Part shown: positions 52,936-56,457 of the stretch, one piece after another
Layout of the letters: each line of letters begins with the position of its first letter
Position numbering within the stretch: the first letter of the stretch is position 1
DNA from: Candidatus Omnitrophota bacterium
GTDB taxonomy: Bacteria > Omnitrophota > Gorgyraeia > Tantalellales > Tantalellaceae
Direction: 5' to 3'
NCBI GenBank assembly: GCA_043823005.1
Contig: JBDRBG010000030.1
Span: forward strand, 1-56,457
DNA: 56,457 bases
Program-made: the position numbers and the translations under genes
The notes under the pieces: generated by a model
What the model saw: only the letters and a program-made list of their open reading frames with translations
Told to the model about the DNA's origin: nothing
The model's database searches: none

Positions 52936-54072
52936 ATGCCCCAGCAAAAAAAAGATGTAAGACCCATTGAGGGCTATCCTACGAATGATCGAGCGTTGAC
53001 CAGCCTTAATATTTATCATATTTTAAAAACTGAAACAATATCTTCAGTTCCTGCGATAAGCAAAAAAACAGGACTTTCGGAAGATGTCGTAGCGGAATAT
53101 GTGAACCTGTATATAAAAAAAGATCTTGTGGTAATAGACGGGAAAAGAAGTTCAAAGAATATATTAAAATTTAATAAAGATAATAAAAAGTTTCTAGGCA
53201 TAGGGTTTTCCTCTAAAGCATGTTATTTAACTGTTATTGACTTGGCCGGGGACATTGTTTCGCGGGAAAGAATCAAGATTCCGTCTCTTTGTGATATGAA
53301 AGGCAGAGTCAGGGATGTTAAGCGGATCATTGATGAGATAGAGAACGAGACAAAATTAAAAGGGAAGAAATTTTTTTATGCGGGGTCAGCTCTGGCGGAA
53401 AGGATGAAAACTTGGAACGTTAAGAACGCGGAGATGTTGACAAGAAACATTAGCCGAATGTTTGGGTGTAATGTGATGACTGTGAAAGAGGCTACGGCCG
53501 CGGCTTATGGGGAAAGGGAATTCGGGGATAAGGCACGGGGAAAAGATATTTTGTATATGCATATGGATGTTGGGACAGGTGTTGTGATTAAGAATGAAAC
53601 AATATTCGAAGCTCCGGAAAATGCCGCAGGAGATAATGATATTAGTTATTTAAGACCATGGACACAGTTCAATATAGTGGAAATTGCTAAGCATTTAGTG
53701 AATAAAGGGGTAGGGACAAATATGGTGAATATGGTAAACGGGGAAGTTGATGATATTACCTTAGATATAGTATTACAGGCGGCAGAGAACAAAGATGAAG
53801 TTGCTGAGGATTTAGTCAGAAGAGCAGGATTGGCTCTTGGGCTGAGGGCGGCTTACTTGTCGAATATGTTTACACCGGAAATACTGGTTTTAGGGGGGGG
53901 TACAGAAAGACAAGAAGGAGGGTTTGTTGGATTCGCGGAAGAAAGCGCGAAACGGTTTTTTATGAAGAAACAGAAAAGCAGGGTTAAGATAATTCCTGCG
54001 GTACTGGGGAAAGAGTCTTTTTCAATAGGTGCGGCAGCTTTATGCCGACGAGAACTATTCAGGGAGGTCTAA
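52936..54072 (+). CDS. ROK-family protein (wHTH plus sugar-kinase-like ASKHA fold)
   Basis: I prefer the ATG at 52936 (RBS AAGGAG 8 nt upstream) over the TTG at 52909. The N-terminal wHTH is LNIYHILKTETISSVPAISKKTGLSEDVVAEYV. ROK-like segments are FLGIGFSSKACYLTVIDLAGDIV and ILVLGGGTE. Confidence 0.65.
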   Translation: MPQQKKDVRPIEGYPTNDRALTSLNIYHILKTETISSVPAISKKTGLSEDVVAEYVNLYIKKDLVVIDGKRSSKNILKFNKDNKKFLGIGFSSKACYLTVIDLAGDIVSRERIKIPSLCDMKGRVRDVKRIIDEIENETKLKGKKFFYAGSALAERMKTWNVKNAEMLTRNISRMFGCNVMTVKEATAAAYGEREFGDKARGKDILYMHMDVGTGVVIKNETIFEAPENAAGDNDISYLRPWTQFNIVEIAKHLVNKGVGTNMVNMVNGEVDDITLDIVLQAAENKDEVAEDLVRRAGLALGLRAAYLSNMFTPEILVLGGGTERQEGGFVGFAEESAKRFFMKKQKSRVKIIPAVLGKESFSIGAAALCRRELFREV

Positions 54073-54074
54073 CT

Positions 54075-54443
54075 ATGGAAACTAATATGGGGAAAGAACG
54101 AATATGCATGATGTGTGGGAAACATTTTATTCCCAACAAGTACAGGCCCAATCAGGAAGTCTGTTCCAGTCTGGAATGTCAATACCAGCGTCAGCTTTCT
54201 AACATGAAGGTATGGCGCGAGGCTAATCCTAATTATTTCAAATACAAGGAATCTCAGGACAAATCCTGGAAACAGGCTTGCAGGGAAAGATCCTTGGATT
54301 GGAGACGAAAACACAAAGAATATCTCCAGCTTTATCGGGAGGCTAACAAGGAAAGACATCGGGAGTATATGCGAGATTACATGAGAAAATACCGTCAAAG
54401 AAAAAAAGAACATCAGGAGCAAGTAGAACCCAGCGGACAGTAA
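54075..54443 (+). CDS. Small Zn-ribbon plus Arg/Lys-rich protein, unknown function
   Basis: ATG at 54075 with RBS GGGAGG upstream. CMMCGKHF...VCSSLECQYQ is a CxxC...CxxxC arrangement, followed by a basic helical tail (WRRKHKEY, YMRKYRQRKKE). Confidence 0.5.
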   Translation: METNMGKERICMMCGKHFIPNKYRPNQEVCSSLECQYQRQLSNMKVWREANPNYFKYKESQDKSWKQACRERSLDWRRKHKEYLQLYREANKERHREYMRDYMRKYRQRKKEHQEQVEPSGQ

Positions 54444-54533
54444 ATTGAAAATTTTGAGGATACAAACACAAATTTACTTTGGAACGGGTATTTTTTCATT
54501 TGTAAAAAGTAAATACCAAAAGGGATAAAAAGT

Positions 54534-56457
54534 ATGGCAAAAGACATAAGACAGGAAAAGTGTATGCGGTTTTTTGCGATAGTTTTTTCAGTTTTGTCCT
54601 TTCTTTTAGTTGTCGACACTCATATTAATGGCAGACTTTTGGCGCAGGAGAAAAGCTCCGGTCGAAGCGATGAGGCTTTCGATCTTTTGAAACACGCGGC
54701 AGAATGCGTAGAACACGGTGATTACGCGTCAATTGAGAAAGAGCTTGAAAATCTTGACAAAAAGTTTCCTTTGGACAGCGAACTAAAATCTTTAGCTATT
54801 CGCATTAAAGATATCCGCAAACAGGAGAATGCTTTTCGGTCTGACAGAGAAGAACAGCTGGAACAAGAGGTTTCAGGATATCTTTTAGACGCGGAAACAA
54901 GTCTTAAAGACGATGATTTTGAGCGGGCTCGAAAACATGTTGAAAAAGCGCGCAAGATAAAAGAAAAACTGCAAAAAGAAATTGATACTGCGGTCGATAA
55001 ATTCAGAGAAAAGGAAGCCAGGAATCTTTTTCGGAAGTTCAAAAAGAAATATGTATATGATAAAGAACGAAAAGAAAAAGACGAGGAGAAAGAGTATTTT
55101 GACGAAAAAAACGCTAAAATAAAGCAGGAAGAGGAAGTTCTTGAGCGCGCTGAAAAAATAGCGAACTATCTGGAAAAAGCGAAAAAGTTTCTTGATGAAG
55201 ACAATTTGGATAAGGCGCAGGATTATTCGATGCAAGCCATGCGGATCGAAGAGAATAATCCGGTAGTTCTTTCTTTTCTTAAAAAATTAAATGAACAAAA
55301 AAAAGAACATGAAATTTTCCGGCAAAGAAGAAGAGAGGAAATAGAAAAACAAAGAAAAAAAGAAGAAGAGGCAGAGCAAAGGGCAAAGGAAGAAGCTGTT
55401 TTTCGTGAGAAGGCGGACCGAATTGAAAAATACTTAGGAGAAGCTAAGCTTTTTCTTGAACAAAAACGGTTTTACCATGCGCGAAGTTACGCGGCAAGAG
55501 TGCTTGAAATAGACGCGGCGAATGACGAAGCAAAGGCTTTTCTTTTAAAGGTAGATGACTCGGAAGAAGCGGGTGAGGATGAAAAAGCAAAATTGGAGCA
55601 GGAGAAACAATCGAGAATCAAAAAGGAAATAGAGGCAGTAGACCAAGCGCAAGAAAAGGTTGAAGAACGAGACCGCTTGCGAAAAATAGAAGAATATCTT
55701 ATGAAGGCCAGAAAGGCATTAAACAAGAACAGTTTCTATGAAGCCGGAGATTATGTTGATAAAGCTTTGTCGGTTGACGCGAAAAATAAAAAAATCATTG
55801 ATTTTATAGCGGAAAAAGAGAAGGCTCAAAAAATATATGAACAAGAAAGGGAACAGCTGAGGTTGGAGCGGAGATCAAAGGAACAAGCAGGGATAGCCGC
55901 TGAGCAAAAAGTGAAAGAGGAAGAAGTCCTGCGGAAACAGGCAGGAAAAATAGCGGAATATTTAAAACAAGCGAGTAAAGAATTAGACGCGGGGAATTTT
56001 TACGCAAGCCGAAATTACGCCAGAAGAGTATTCAGCCTGGAAGAAGGGAATGTGGAAGCAAAAAGTTTTCTTGAAAAAACAGATAAAGCGGAAAAAGCAT
56101 ATGAAGCTGAACAGGAAGCGATTCGGCGCGCTAATCGGATAGGCGAACTTTTAGAGAAAGGAGAAGAAGAATTAAACGCTAATAAATTCGATAATGCCCG
56201 GAATTATGCTTTAGAAGCACAGGGGATAGAGGAAACAAACTTGGCAGTAAAAGCATTTATAGCGAAGATAGAGGAACGAAAAGAAGCGGAGGAATCCGAG
56301 AGAATTAGCGCGCAAAAGGAAAAGAAGGAACAAGCGGCCAGGGAAAGAGCAATAAAGATAGCGGGATATTTGTCCGAAGCCAGACGGGAATTAGACGCAA
56401 AAGCGTTTTACAGGGCAAAAAGCTATGCGATGAAAGCTTTGGGAATCGAAGCGGACA
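54534..56457 (+). CDS. Secreted TPR-like / K-E-rich coiled-coil repeat protein, 3' end outside the window (not in the supplied ORF track)
   Basis: The frame is open from the ATG at 54534 (alternative 54564) to the window edge, by hand translation with no stops. The signal peptide is MRFFAIVFSVLSFLLVVDTHING. At least 6 repeats follow the pattern (K/R)I(A/E/G)xYLxxAxxxLdxxxFyxAxxYAxxxlxi(e/d)xxNxEAKxFl, starting near 55151, 55415, 55681, 55945, 56130 and 56350. Confidence 0.75.
   Translation, partial: MAKDIRQEKCMRFFAIVFSVLSFLLVVDTHINGRLLAQEKSSGRSDEAFDLLKHAAECVEHGDYASIEKELENLDKKFPLDSELKSLAIRIKDIRKQENAFRSDREEQLEQEVSGYLLDAETSLKDDDFERARKHVEKARKIKEKLQKEIDTAVDKFREKEARNLFRKFKKKYVYDKERKEKDEEKEYFDEKNAKIKQEEEVLERAEKIANYLEKAKKFLDEDNLDKAQDYSMQAMRIEENNPVVLSFLKKLNEQKKEHEIFRQRRREEIEKQRKKEEEAEQRAKEEAVFREKADRIEKYLGEAKLFLEQKRFYHARSYAARVLEIDAANDEAKAFLLKVDDSEEAGEDEKAKLEQEKQSRIKKEIEAVDQAQEKVEERDRLRKIEEYLMKARKALNKNSFYEAGDYVDKALSVDAKNKKIIDFIAEKEKAQKIYEQEREQLRLERRSKEQAGIAAEQKVKEEEVLRKQAGKIAEYLKQASKELDAGNFYASRNYARRVFSLEEGNVEAKSFLEKTDKAEKAYEAEQEAIRRANRIGELLEKGEEELNANKFDNARNYALEAQGIEETNLAVKAFIAKIEERKEAEESERISAQKEKKEQAARERAIKIAGYLSEARRELDAKAFYRAKSYAMKALGIEAD

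Noticed and set aside
54413-56007. Minus-strand ORFs 54413..54619, 54722..55042, 54885..55235, 55487..55726 and 55804..56007 offered by the track
   Set aside because: All are antisense to a single uninterrupted plus-strand frame with a signal peptide and a regular TPR-like repeat structure. Their translations are S/F/L-rich mirror images of K/E-rich codons.

Overview
This is a 56.5-kb AT-rich bacterial segment using the standard genetic code (TAA, TAG and TGA all terminate recognisable genes). The gene content (giant surface protein, type IV filament machinery, repeat-saturated spacers) suggests an uncultivated, possibly host-attached lineage. That is a guess I cannot verify here.

Left to right:
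1. The last ~9.5 kb of a giant tail-anchored Ig-repeat surface protein.
2. A secreted HExxH peptidase.
3. An F-type ATP synthase cluster (c, b-delta fusion, alpha, gamma, beta, short epsilon). No a subunit is present, and the spacers are unusually long and repeat-filled.
4. A near-complete type II secretion / type IV filament cluster in two convergent operons. The plus strand carries pilB/gspE, gspF, a pilM-pilN fusion, pilO, gspG and three minor pseudopilins including gspK. The minus strand carries exeA, a gspC-like gene, the secretin and TPR/coiled-coil accessory genes.
5. A 12.3-kb integrative island in the 3' end of tRNA-Glu(CUC). It has 22-bp att repeats, a tyrosine integrase, an Xis-like HTH, an XRE regulator and a perfect sigma70 promoter.
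6. ychF.
7. Two more large, translationally coupled unknown proteins.
8. A ROK-family gene, a Zn-ribbon protein, and the 5' part of a TPR/coiled-coil repeat protein that is missing from the ORF track because it runs off the window.

The island cargo is essentially two giant enzymes. One is a 1863-aa fusion of radical-SAM, nucleotidyltransferase, DUF89-phosphatase and adenosine-deaminase domains. The other is a 1330-aa NodU/CmcH/TobZ-type carbamoyltransferase fusion. This pair is my best candidate for an undescribed system, either nucleotide/nucleoside-modifying defence or an antimetabolite/effector cassette. One of the two unknown proteins after ychF appears to share a C-terminal module with both island enzymes.

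Non-island intergenic DNA carries at least six families of short dispersed repeats. One of them has stop codons in all three frames and is fused to gene 3' ends.

All coordinates and motif matches were derived by hand. No database search was possible.
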